Shown here: positions 48,801-61,687 of the stretch, piece by piece
How the letters are laid out: every line of letters starts with the position of its first letter
Numbering within the stretch: the stretch's first letter is position 1
Assembly: GCA_977016875.1 (NCBI GenBank)
Contig: CDRNST010000060.1
Coordinates: 4,402,001-4,466,000 of the forward strand
Direction: 5' to 3'
Origin: Pavona decussata
Taxonomy: Eukaryota
DNA: 64,000 bases
The notes under the pieces: model-generated
Databases searched by the model: none
What the model saw: the letters and a program-made list of their open reading frames with translations, nothing else
Told to the model about the DNA's origin: nothing
Program-made: the position numbers and the translations under genes

Positions 48801-50581
48801 TAATCTATTTACCTTGAACAGTTAACGTGGCTGTTGATGCCTTTTTCCCAAGGATATTTTTTGCAACACAAGTGTACATTCCACCATATTGTGACGTCAC
48901 GTCTGTAATCATAAGGCCACCGCTTGATTGCATAATTCGTTTATCCTCGAGGAGACTGGAATTCTGTTTCAGCCACGTGACCTGAGGTTTTGGGTTTCCT
49001 TTAACCTCGCACTGAAACGAGGCTGTACCAGTCTGGTTTACCACCAAAGACACTGGAGGTGACACAATAGAAGGGGCTGAGATGGATTCACCAGGATTGC
49101 CCTTGGGTCCTTGAGGACCCTGATCACCTTTAGGTCCGGGAGGTCCCTGATCTCCTTGAGCACCTCTTGGTCCCTGTGGTCCCTGAGGCCCGGGTGGACC
49201 ATGTTTGCCTGGGGGACCAGGCCTGCCTCGTCTTCCCCTGATTCTTTTCGGGCAGTGCACCATGCAGGCCAGGCTGCTCAGAACAAGTTGAACTTCCTTC
49301 TTGATAGCGTCTCGAATGATGTTTTCACTGGTGTTTTTTACCTTGTTATCATTCCCCAGCTGGCGTTTGTGACGAATCTGTATATCTGTGAGTGAAAAAA
49401 GCAGTTATTTATATATCAAGGCATGGCAGGCTGGTTATTAAGCCTGGGGCTGAAACGCTAAAAGGAAATTAGCACAAACTACAATACATTTGATTGAACC
49501 AGTAAAAACGTTGTGGCATTTTGTTATATTAAAGTAAACATAGATGTTTATCGTAATTTCTGCATTGCTATGCTTTCTTAAAATTGAAACTGAGGAGCCC
49601 TTATAATCCCAGTTACGACACGGGTTTACATAGCAGTACACAAGGAAGTATATTCGGTTCGCAAGCAGCTGAAACAGTGATACTCAAGAACTTCCTCTGT
49701 AGCATATAGGGAAACGTTTGAATTTGTGGGTGCAAGCTAAGATCTTCCTTAAACCAAAGAGTGTTCCTTGAAGTTTTTACGATAAGCGCAATAAAACGCT
49801 GACTAGTTGGATGAATCGAACGCAAGAGAAAAAATAAAGGAAAGCGAAAGGTATTTATACAGGGGTCCACTAAGCGCCACGCACGCGCGGTGAGAGACGT
49901 TTATTTAGGTTTGTATTTTTAGCAGTCAGCGATGGGATATAACGCGACTCATGAAAGAAATTATTTGCCCTCAAGAGTCAAGTTTTTAATTGCATAAAGC
50001 AAATACGATATTAAATGGCAGTAGCGAGAGACCGATCGCGGAAACATTATCGGCAATCGCCCTATAAGTGTGGCGTTATTTCATTTTTCTACACTATTTA
50101 TAAGGAGTTTTAACTCCCAGTACCTCAGAAAAAAACTCTTGAGTATTATCGGGTTCAGCCGGAGTCTTACACTTACGCATTAAGGTATTTTTGGACTGTT
50201 TGGCCGTATCGTGTAAAGGAGTGACTGAAACGTACGTAAGAGAAACAGCCTGATCAGATGTCAGTGATTCTCCCTTCAATCCTTCCTATGAATTAAAAGC
50301 GAAATCTTGACCTTCTAAACTGCAACAGTATACTCACCATTTTCCGAGTCGCCGTGCAAGAAGCCGCGCTTCAACAAAAAATCCGCAATCGTCTCGTTGT
50401 GTACCGTGTTTCGTGGCTCGACATTTTCATGTCTTTGTTGATTCAAGGCTTGAAGCATTTGTCGATGAGCGTGAAGTTCGATCTCGACGTGAATCAGTGC
50501 CACGAAACAAACAGCAACGGAGAAAAATATTGATGAAAACATCACCGTGTTGGAGACCGGGCGCGACTTTGATTTCTCCAT
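45833..50581 (-). CDS. Gene A4: type II TM collagen-3xIg-fibrinogen-like protein (~654 aa, intact)
   Basis: Exons 50581-50338, 49385-48813, 46980-45833; phase-1 GT-AG introns; RHKR; 17 GXY. Confidence 0.87.
47597..48392 (-). mobile_element. CR1/L2-like LINE fragment in intron 2 of A4 (same insertion as in A1)
   Basis: Near-identical to 3520-4312 at the same intronic site; ORF 47921-48412 is open here. Confidence 0.75.
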
Positions 50582-51979
50582 AATACAATCTTAAGACTGT
50601 AAAAAACAGGGAAGGCTTCCAGTTGAGATCTTCACTGTTCGGTAGAAGCTGTGTTCAGCTTTGTGTCAAGTGGACGTCTCTTGTCAGTCCAGCTTCTTGG
50701 TCCTCTTATTTGACCTTTCTTCCACTATTCAATAGTGGCATTTTTCCAAAATCTCCGAGGAAGTCTTTTTTCCATTAGTCGCCTTATTTTTTACCATGCA
50801 GGAATTCCATCAATTCCGGGAATAAAGACACAGGTCATGCCTACAATAAACTGTTTATGTCTGAGTTGATTTTTTTTTTTTGGCGACCTAATTTCTTAGT
50901 TTTCAAACCTTATAAATGGAACAAGAACTAACGAGAACAAATTTAATTGGAGACACATCCAACGAATATGTTCAAGAATGGAACAACAACCTACTGGATG
51001 ATACATGGTAAAACGCATACGCGCATATTAAACAGGGAGGCACAAGTATAGCAAAATTAAGCACACACAAAAGACTTTCTTAGTAAAGTGGTGAGGAAAG
51101 AATGGAGGAAATGTTGAAAGATTTGACAAAACATTTTTCAATTCTGCTGTTTTGACAAAACATCTTTTCGTGAAGAGTAATGCATCGATTTTCTTCCCAC
51201 CTTTCTCCCGGGTATACTTCTTCACCTCCGGCTCCCCATTTGAGCTCGTGCCCATTCCCCCCCTGCAGCCTCGGTATGCACTGAGGTGATCAAGACTATG
51301 CAATGATTATAATGACAGCTCGGAAAGATTTTTTAAATCCTTTTTTTGTTCTATCTTGACTTGAGCAATCCAAAATAGGCCGCTTCATGGACATAGTCTC
51401 TACACTGATCATGAGGTAATTATCTTTGGTACGAGTCTTGCAATTTTCCCTTATGCCACGCCTTGCTGACCGTGCGCCAGTGGCAGCGTATAAGGCCCTT
51501 TGCACTCTTCTCATTTCGTGTCCGCAAATTCTGCTTAAACATGCCATGCCGGATTAAACGGAATCATCTTCTTTTCTTTATAAGAGAACAGATTCCTTGT
51601 AACATAAAAAAATCAAAATTTCTGTCAACTGTTAGATTTAGAATAGTAATTTTAAGTCGACATAATTTCTGATTTTTGCGGATTTGGCTGTTTCAAATAA
51701 TAAAAAAAGCGTTTGTTTCGTCAGCAGGCTTAGAAAACTCAGAAAAGTGTAAAACGCGATCGGCGGGAAGTAATTTTTTTGCTATTACTTAGTCCATTAA
51801 AATGGTAGTAGTATTACAGTCTTACCAAGAGAGGACCTTCATCCTCTCTTGGTCCTACTCGTTTTTAGGCCGTAGCATCTGCTATTGTTTCTTGGGCTAG
51901 GTGCATTGTTTGTTCAGTAGTGTTCTCGTGAAGGATATCGAACCAGTCTTGTGAGATCTTACGAGAGCTGCTTCACCAG

Positions 51980-54900
51980 CTATGCCGAACCATAACATTT
52001 GAGCTTTTCTAATGTGTGATAACCTTCTTCGCCCGAGCCATTTAAATCTCCCAGTCTGATTTGCGTCACAGGCAGAGCAGACTTGTCTGTCAGCAGACCG
52101 CTGTCTGATCTCCAACCAATGCCATTGTTATGACAGTTACACTTGTAACCACCGGGACAAGAGTTTGTTACTCCGCATGCGCACATCTTGTGATAGCCTG
52201 TAGCTCCACCCCAGTAGTTCATCCGTGTTCCATCAAGTGACACCCACCAAGCGAAACTGTCCTCAATAAACGCTATGTCATTATTGCATTCAAACTTGAT
52301 AAACTGTTCACAGTTCTGTGACACTCGAGTGAGAGCTGCTAGCTGAGCGGTGCTGACTCCAGTGTATCTGACGTCTTTACTGTAACATCCTGCAGAACCA
52401 CATCCAGGAATGTTAGCAACATAAGTTCTACTCTCAGTGTCATGACTGATGACCGTCACGCCAACTCCACCTTTGTCACTCATGTCACAATACACACGGA
52501 AGGGAGTCACGCCTCCTTTGCCGTCAGGGTCAATCATATAATTACCAGACGAGCTTCCACTGTTGGCTGATTTTATGTTGCTGCAGGACACGAGTTTGAG
52601 TACTTCAACTACAGAAGTTGCCTTAATTGTTCGTCGATAATTTTTTGCCTCGCACGTGTAAGACCCAGCGTCACTTGTGGTCACTTTACTAAGAAGCAAA
52701 GTTTCGTTTGGATAAACAATATGATTTTGCGGAAGAGTTTTGCCGACTCTTTTCCAGACAGTCTCAATTGAGCCCTGTGCTTCACAATTCAGCATCAGAT
52801 TGCTAAACTCTGATACAGCATCTTTCAAGGGAGGGGTGAGGGTAAATTTCAGCCCATCAATCACCGTCAGTAGTGCGACGGCGGAGTCCTGTCCAAGAAG
52901 ATTCTTAGCTGAGCATACGTAAGCTCCGCCATCTGCTTTTGTTACACTGAGTATAGTCAAATTCCCTTCGCTCATTGCAGTGTTGTCTTTCGGCACGTGA
53001 CTTAACGTTTTACGCCACGTGACCATTGGTGTTGGCCAACCCGTAGCTTTGCATAGCATGCTCACGTTTTCCCCTTCTTCAACGATGACAGAGGAAGGCT
53101 TTTGAGTAATTTTTGCGCCAACTACAAGTAGATATACAACAGCTATGATTAGTCACGCCGAAAAGAACACGGGACCGGAGTTGTCAACAACAATTTTGAA
53201 TTTTTTTAATCCCAAACCAACCGATAAATTGGGGGAATATTTTCTCTTGTCAATCGTTCCGCCATAGTGGGTAGAGTCTGAAGCGTACAATTGAAAGTAA
53301 TCTTCAAGTAAAATTTGAGTCAGCCGTTAACATTTAGCCTGACGTGTTTAACCACATGCCAAGTATTATAACTGGAAATTTAGCAATAATTAAATGCAGT
53401 TGCTGGTTGACCTTTTACAATGGAGTTTGATCATGAATTTTCAACCGTATGTGCGTGAGTCTATCATCTGGTTAGAGCAAACTCTTTTCCAGAGTCCCCT
53501 TTCTACTAATGAGCAGCAAGAAGAAGCCGGAAAGCTCAGTGAACGAGATTCAGCTTTAAAATTCGAAAACTGTCCGCTACTCAATTTCGTACTCTAACCC
53601 TGCTCTTATCTGAAGTTCACGTAGACCTTCAAAGGCATATCGCCATTAATGTGCTAATCAAAGACCAAAACAAAATTCCAAAATACCACCACGTATAGCT
53701 ACAGAATTATGCAGGCTTCTATTTATATGCAAAATTCCAACATTCCATTCAGTACGAAGTTTTTACAAAACTAACTTCTTAACGTTTTTAAAGGATCCGA
53801 CTAATTAACATATTCACCTTGGACGTTTAACGTGGCCGATGATTTCCTTTCTCCAAGGATATTTTTTGCAACGCATGTGTATATCCCGCCATCTTGTGAC
53901 GTCACGTCTGTAATCATTAGGCCACCACTTGATTGTACAAATCGCTTGTCCGTGAGGAGACTGGAATTCTGTTTCAGCCACGTAACCTGAGGTTCTGGGT
54001 TTCCTTTAACCTCGCACTGGAACGAGGCTGCACCACTTTTGTTTACCACCATAGATACTGGAGGTGACACAATAGAAGGGGCTGAGATAGATTCACCAGG
54101 ATTGCCCTTGGGTCCTTGAGGGCCCTGATCACCTTTAGGTCCGGGTGGACCATGTTTACCTGGGGGACCAGGCCTGCCTCGTCTTCCCCTGATTCTTTTC
54201 GGGCAGTGCACCGTGCAGCCCAGGCTGCTCAGAACAAGTTGAACTTCCTTCTTGATAGCTTCTCGAATGATGTTTTCACTGGTGTTTTTTTCCTTGTTGT
54301 CATTCCCCAAATAGCGTTTGTGACGAATCTGGATACCTGTCAGTGAAAAAAGCAGTTATTTATACATCAAGGCATGACTGGCTGGTTATTTAGCTTGGGC
54401 CTGAAACGCTTAAAGGAAATTAGAGTTAGTGAAGATGGTTGTTCTTACAAATAGCTATAATTAAAATGTATTAATCGAACCAGTAAAAACAATATGGCAT
54501 TTTGTAATGTAAAAGTAAACACTGATATCTTTCGTTTTTTTTTTTGCATTGCTATGTTTTTAAAATTGACGCCGAAGAGCCTTTCAAATCCCAGTTACGA
54601 CCTGGGTGTAGATAACAGCTCACAAGGAAGTAAATTTTTGGGCTCGCAAGCTGAGTGAGCTGAAGCAATGATGCTCAAGGACTTCCTTTGTAGCATTTAA
54701 GGAAACGTGAATTTGTGGGTACGAGCTAAGATCTTCCTTAAACCAACGAGTGTTCCTTGAGGTTTTCACAAAGCGAAATAAAACGCTGATCTAGCGGGAT
54801 GGGTTGGTTTTTATAAAACAGAAAAAATGAACCAAATGTAAGAAAGACTTAGCTTGGGCCTGAAACGCTAAAAGGAAATTAGCACAAACTACTATACGGT

Positions 54901-55990
54901 TGATTGAACCAGTAAAAACAACGTTGTATTCGTTATATTAAAGTAAACATAGATGTCTCGCGATATTTTTGCATTGGTATGCTTTCTAAAATTTGATACT
55001 GGGGAGCTCTTATAATCCCAGTTATAGGGTATAGATAACAGTTCACAAGGATCGAAGTATATTTTGCTCGCAAGCAGCTGAAACAGTGATACTCAAGAAC
55101 TTCCTTTGTAGCATTTAAGGAGACGTCAGTTGAATTTATGGGTACAAGCTAAGATCTTCTTTAAACCAAAGAGTGTTCCTTGAAGTTTTCTCGATAAGCG
55201 CAATGAAACGCTGATCTAGATGGCTGAACCGAATGTAAGAAAGAAATAAAGGAAGGCGAAAGGTATTTATACAGGGGTCCACTAAGCGCCACGCACGCGC
55301 AGTGAGAGCCGCTTATTTTAGTTTGTATTTTAGCAGTCAATGATGGTCTATACCGCGACTCATAAAAGAAATTATCTCAAGAGTCAAGTTTTTAATTGCA
55401 TAAAGGCAATTTTTTAAATGGCAGTAGCGAGACACCAATCACAGAAACATTATCGGCAATCCCTCTGTAAGTGTGGCGTAATTTCATTTTTCTACTACGC
55501 TATTTATAAGGAGTTGAAAACCCAGTACTTCAGAAAAAAACACTCTAGAGTATTATCGGGTTTAGCCGAAGTCTTACACATGCGCATTAAGGTATTTTTG
55601 GACTTTTTGGCCATATCGTGTGAAGGAGACTGGAGATACTGAAACGTTCGTAAGAGAAACAGCCTGATCAGATGTCAGTGATTCTCCCGTCAATCCTCCC
55701 TTGAGTTAAAGCGAAATCTTGATCTTCTTAAATGCAACTGAATACTCACCATTTTCCGTGTCGCCGTGCAAGAAGCGCTTCAACAAAGAATCCGCAATAG
55801 TCTCGTCATGTACACTGTCTCGTGGCTCGACAGTTTCTTGTCTTTGTTGATTCAAGGCTTGAAGCATTTGTCGATGAGCGTGAAGTTCGATCTCGACGTG
55901 AATCAGTGCCACGAAACAAACAGCAACGGAGAAAAATATTGATGAAAACATCACCGTGTTGGAGACCGGGCGCGACCTTGATTTCTCCAT
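51980..55990 (-). CDS. Gene A5: type II TM collagen-3xIg-fibrinogen-like protein with short collagen (~633 aa, intact)
   Basis: Exons 55990-55750, 54336-53818 (519 nt, 54 nt shorter, 11 GXY), 53121-51980; divergent intron 2 and Ig2. Confidence 0.87.
54389..55242. repeat. Diverged ~460-bp tandem duplication in intron 1 of A5
   Basis: TTAGCTTGGGCCTGAAACGCT recurs at ~54390 and ~54849 with collinear downstream sequence. Confidence 0.75.
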
Positions 55991-57734
55991 AATACAATCT
56001 TAAGACTGTAAAAACCAGGGAAGGCTTCCAGTTGAGATCTTTACTGTTCGGTACAAGCTGTGTTCAGCTGTGTGTCAAGTGGACGTCTCTTGTTAGTCCA
56101 GCTTCTTGGTCCTCTTATCTAACCAGTTTTTCCGCTATTCAATAGTGGCATTTTCCAAATTAATCTCCGAGTAGGTCTTTTTCCCATTAGTCGCCTTATT
56201 TTTAGCCATACAGGAAGTCCATCAATTCCGGGAATAAAGACGCAGGACATGTCTACAATAAACTGTTTATGTGGAGTTTATTTTTCTTTTTCGCGACTTA
56301 ATTTCTTAGTTTTCAAACCTAATAAATGGAACTAAAACGAAACAGCAAATTCAATTGAAGATATTCAACGAACGTTTTCAAGAATGGAACAACAACCTAC
56401 TGGTCGATACTGGATGATACATGGCAAAACGCATGGGCGCATGAGTACCGTCTAAGCCCATTGGTAGAACAATGCACTTGTATCCCGGAGATAAGAGTTA
56501 GAATACCGTTCAGTCGTGCGTGATTATTTTTTCATGCTTTATTTTCGCTGTTGATTGATTGTGTACACAACTTTAGGTATTTCTTTCAATTAGTACTCTT
56601 GTCACCCTTAATAGAGTAATGTAATATAGATTTTTATTTAAACCAACAAACCGGCCAACTACGCATCTGTACGTAGAAATATACAGGCGGATTGTTGTAT
56701 TCAGTTATGAGAGAGTATTGGGACTTGGGCACTAGTGTTTCCATGCATCTGGGCTTACGTAGAAATCTACAAAATTAGATTTGATTCATTCATTTAGGGC
56801 TGTTCTAGTACTCTAAGCCGATTGTTTTGCTGTACTGCTTGCCTTATCAAAAACATCTTGCATCTTGCCAATTAATTGATGATGTCACAAATGGTACAAC
56901 TTGCATACCCCTAACTGAATACCCACAAAACACGTGACTAAATTTGAACCTGGTAGTTAAGTGGTAACACTCACTTAACTCATTTGGGTCTAAATATCGA
57001 ACAGTTTAAATCCTAATGTCAAAACATCCATCCCAAGAATTTCCAAAATGTATAAACCTTTTTGTTTTGCCGCAACAGTTCCTCGTCAAAAACATCTTAC
57101 ATTGTAAAAATTGACGACGTCACAAATGGCACAACTTGCATACCCCTAATAAGCCTCTGCCTATCACATTAAAAAGTCTATTTACGAGATAAATAAATGT
57201 CTGGCCAAGTACTGACTTGCTCAGCGGAGGGTGAACACTTGTTTCCATATCTCAAACTGACCTTGGACATTTACTTAAATTTATTTTTGGTAAAACTTAT
57301 TTCAAGCTTAATAGTAAAAGAAGGAAAACTTCAGAAAAGTGTTAGCCTCGAATCCGAGTCTTTTGTTTTATTTCTTCTATCCATAACCATTACACCAGGA
57401 ATTTAATTTTTAGCGTATTTAAATAGTAATCCATCATAATAAATGAAAGGTAACCGTTTTCAAATCAGTGCTTAACCCTAAATACTGTAGATCGGTGCGA
57501 AACCCTTAAATGGTGTTTCTTGCCAGCTAGACTGGAGCTCAATTCTCTGATAAAAATATGGAGTTCTGTTCTCGCGTATGTCAATGCTATGACGATAAGG
57601 AATGCTTTATTGTGTAAACATCATAAGGTGTCCAAGGTCAGTTTGAGATATGGAACCGAGTGTCGAAATAATGACCAGCTACAGTTAGATCATGAGGAAA
57701 GAATTCTTTCATTTATATCTCTTTATCATGTGAT

Positions 57735-60700
57735 TTATGATAGCCTGATAAACACGTGCGGTGGATAACTGAGATCAGCAGTATTAGTATATAGACTTCG
57801 TTTAGTGTGATCGAGGCACTCGTGGCAATACATTGCTCCTCCAGACCAGTACTCAATGGCATTACAATCCGCACAGAGGTCTTTGCATTCCTGTGAAGTA
57901 ACGCCTATATTGATGAGTCGCCGATTCCTACCACCACACCATTGGGGTGAGTACTCCAACCACAGGGCTAGAAAAAGAAAGAAAACGTATTCAAAAAATT
58001 TGGCTGAAATAACTAAATATTATCACTAACTCACGCACGGAGTTTAGCTCGAATTGAAATGTCTTTAATCGCAGTTTAACGGCAATTTTATGGGTATATC
58101 AGCGACAAACCACTTTCATTGTACATTTTGTCCTAAAGTGTTGGTCTGATGAAACAACTGAAAATGTTTTGTATTCTTGCCTGTCTAGTGGGCGTTACCA
58201 GGGAGGGAATGGTGAGGATAATCACTCTGTGGGAATTGTACTGAAATTGAAATGGCGTAATTTCGAGAAAAAGACCCCCGCATAGTAGCCCTTAGGCTGC
58301 AATATGATTTTAAATTAAAACAAACAATCCATCCATCCGTAGTAACACCTGTCCGACAAAATAGTCTTACAATTCAGACATACGTGTCACTAGCTGATAT
58401 AAACTGGTTTGACTGTATTAAAAACAAAAATAAAGTAAAAAAAACAAACAAACAAGCAAAAAACTACAACAACAACGACAAAACATAAAGAGATAAAAAG
58501 AGGGAAAGAAAAAGTAGTGACAATGAGGCATACAGCACTGTAATTGGTCAAAAGTGGATTGTATACGAGACTTGATCACAAACGATGCCATATTAAGGAA
58601 AAACCTGTTTGTAATAAGGGGACGGAAATTCCAACACAGTCCCCCACCCCCCTAATTTGAACGTTCTCTTCAAATTGCAATAAACTGCTCTTGTTTCTCT
58701 GACACACTGGTGAGTGATGACCCGACCACGTCATTATTACGACACCCCTTTTCCACCCTAGAGCACACCGAAGCAAGTTATGTCGCCTACAGTATCATAC
58801 AATTACCTTCTTTCTTGAGCACTTCAAGAACAGTTGTTGCTTCAATGGAACGCTGTAAGTTTTTGGCAACGCATGTATAAGACCCGGCATCGTCTTGGGA
58901 AACATTCTTTAAATGCAAAGTTCCATTTGGATAAAGAACATGATTTAGAGGGAGGATTTTACCGGCTCTTTTCCAAACAATCTCTTTTGTACCCTGAGCT
59001 GTACAATTCAGCATCATGTTGTTATACTCTTTCGCAACAACTTTCAGGGGAGGGGTAATGATATATTCGAGTCTGTCAGTGACCATTACTATGGCGACGG
59101 CGGAGTCCTGTCCAAGGACATTCTTAGCTGAGCATGCGTACGTCCCGCTGTCTGCTTTGGTAACATTCCGTAAGCTGAGATTCCCATCGATTACTACAGC
59201 CCTTGCTTTTGGCACGTGACTAATTGCTTTTCGCCAAGTGATCTTTGGAGTTGGCTGACCAGTAGCTTTGCATTGCAGGCTCACGTTTTGTCCTTGTTCA
59301 ACGGTGACAGGCGAAGGCTTTTGAATGATCACTGCGCCAACTGCAATTAAAATATTGACACCAAGTTAAACTGTCTCAAAGCAGGTATGTTATCAAGGAA
59401 TGTCCCTCGTGCACGTCCGAGTTTTCACGCGCCCTCTTTGATCCAGCAGTCTGTAGGTTTGTCTCATATGAACTAAAAGTCAAACGGCCTTGTTCGCCAC
59501 AACTGTTTTAGCTGCAGCTCAGCGTTCAGTGTATTCAACTGGAATGCGGAAGGTCACAGTTTCGACTGCGGGTAATTTTTGGACATAAATTTGCACTTTA
59601 GTCATCATAATAATCATCGTCGTCATCTTCAGCGTCATTAACATCATCATCGTCATCATCACCAATATCGTTATTGTTATTAATTGTTATCATTATCATC
59701 ATCATCATCATCATCATTATCATTATCTTGAAAGGGAATGTAAAAGCTAGGTGACTTATTTAGACGTGAAAACTGCAAAGGACCGCGAACGATAATGCTG
59801 CTAGTTGACGTAGGATCTACAAGAGACCTAATCAGCCAAAAATAAACTGTAACACAAACTGCAAGGCTGATACTACGTACGTAGTATCAGCCTTGCAGTT
59901 TGTGTGACTTATTTGACTTATTTGTCGCATGCGCATACATTAGTCGTTGCATTTGGCCCACGCAAGCATCTCTTGCTTATCATTGCTCAAATTCATAGTT
60001 GACAACAGCTGTTGTGTGGGGGTGGAGAAGGGGGGAATGCGACAACTACTGATTGGCTACAACTAAATCTACCCGATGTTTCTTTTTGATGGACGATAGT
60101 ACCTGTCTTAAAAAGTAGAATATGCACTTTTATTCACCTTGAACAGTTAATGTGGCCGATGATTTCACAACTCCAAAAATATTTTTTGCTACACAAGTGT
60201 ACACTCCATCATCTTGTGACGTCACATTAGTAATGATCAGGCTACCACGTGACTGCACAACTCGTTTGTCTGCGAGGGCAGTGGAATTCTGTTTCATCCA
60301 AGTGACTTGAGGTTGTGGGTTTCCTTTAACGTGGCATTGAAACGAGGCTGTACCGGTTTCGTTCACCACCATGGACATCAGAGGTGACACAATAGAGGGG
60401 GCTGAGATAGATTCACCAGGATCGCCCTTGGGTCCTTGAGGGCCCTGATCACCTTTAGGTCCAGGAGGTCCCTGGTCTCCTTGAGGACCCTTTGTTCCCT
60501 GTGGTCCCTGACGCCCGGGCGGACCTTGCTCGCCTGGGTGACCAGGCCTACCTCGTCTTCCTCTGATACTTTTCGGGCAGTGCACCTCGCAGGTCAGGTT
60601 GCTCAGGGCCAGTTGAACTTCTTCCTTGATGTCGTCACGCCTGATGGTTTCATAAGCGTTGGTTTTCCTGTTTAAATTTTCAATATGGCGTTTTTGACGA

Positions 60701-61687
60701 ATCTGAATTTCTGCAAGTAAAGAAAGGATTCACCATAAAATTCTGGTATTAGCCTCTCCAGTAAAAAAAAGAAAAAAACCCGCAAAAAGCCACCAAATCT
60801 CAGACGCCAGCATGCATCGGACAACTTGAAGCCCTCCCCATATATGTCCATGGACTGGTGGCTGTTTTAAGAAGTGGGATGTATTTGGTTTAGCGTTTTA
60901 ATATATTTTTATTTCTCGTTGATAGAGCCATTTTGAAACACAAATTTCTTCCAACAGTAAGGACAGTAAGCCTTCCTGAAAATAAGCCAGCATAAAAAAA
61001 GTCCTTTGAGCAAATGTAGATTAGGGCTTATATTTTGGTCATTTAGTTTGATCCTTAAATGTGAATGGAATGCCGACGATTGGAGGCAGAAACATTATTA
61101 ATCGTGATTTAAGATGATTTCCAAACCAGGGGTTTACAAAGCGGCCATTTTACCTCAGCCACCTCCCCAAGCTATTTAAGCAACATTTGAACCTTACTGG
61201 CTAGGAGCATTACTACGTATGGAAACTTTTGGGCAATGCGTGACACAGTGATGAATCCGTTTTTCCATTTGAATATTTCTTCTCAGTCGAATTTGTAATT
61301 CTTCATAAAAATTTCAAATAAACAAAAGTCACAACTGGCGGAACTAACACATAAACGAAATGAAAACATGACATTGATCTGTGAGAACCCCAGTATCCCC
61401 TTGAGTTCATGACGATCGCCAGCACTTTTTAAAATCGACTTCTAAAACTACTCACCTTTTTCTCCTTCACCATGTAGTATCTTCGACAAAGAATCCGTCG
61501 TCTCGTCATGCACAGTGTTTAGTGGCTCGACATTTTCTTGTCTTTGTTGATTCAAGGCTTGAAGCAGTTGTCGCTGAGCGTGAAGTTCGATCTCGACGTG
61601 AATCAGTGCCACGAAACAAATAGCAATGGAGAAAAATACTGAAAATATCACCGTGTTGGAGACCGGGCGCGACTTTGATTTCTCCAT
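57735..61687 (-). CDS. Gene B3: type II TM collagen-3xIg-PAN-like protein (~523 aa, intact ORF)
   Basis: Exons 61687-61456, 60710-60138, 59340-58807, 57967-57735; phase-1 GT-AG introns; RQKR. Confidence 0.82.
59852..59905. repeat. Perfect 54-bp palindrome
   Basis: ACACAAACTGCAAGGCTGATACTACGT|ACGTAGTATCAGCCTTGCAGTTTGTGT, no spacer. Confidence 0.95.
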
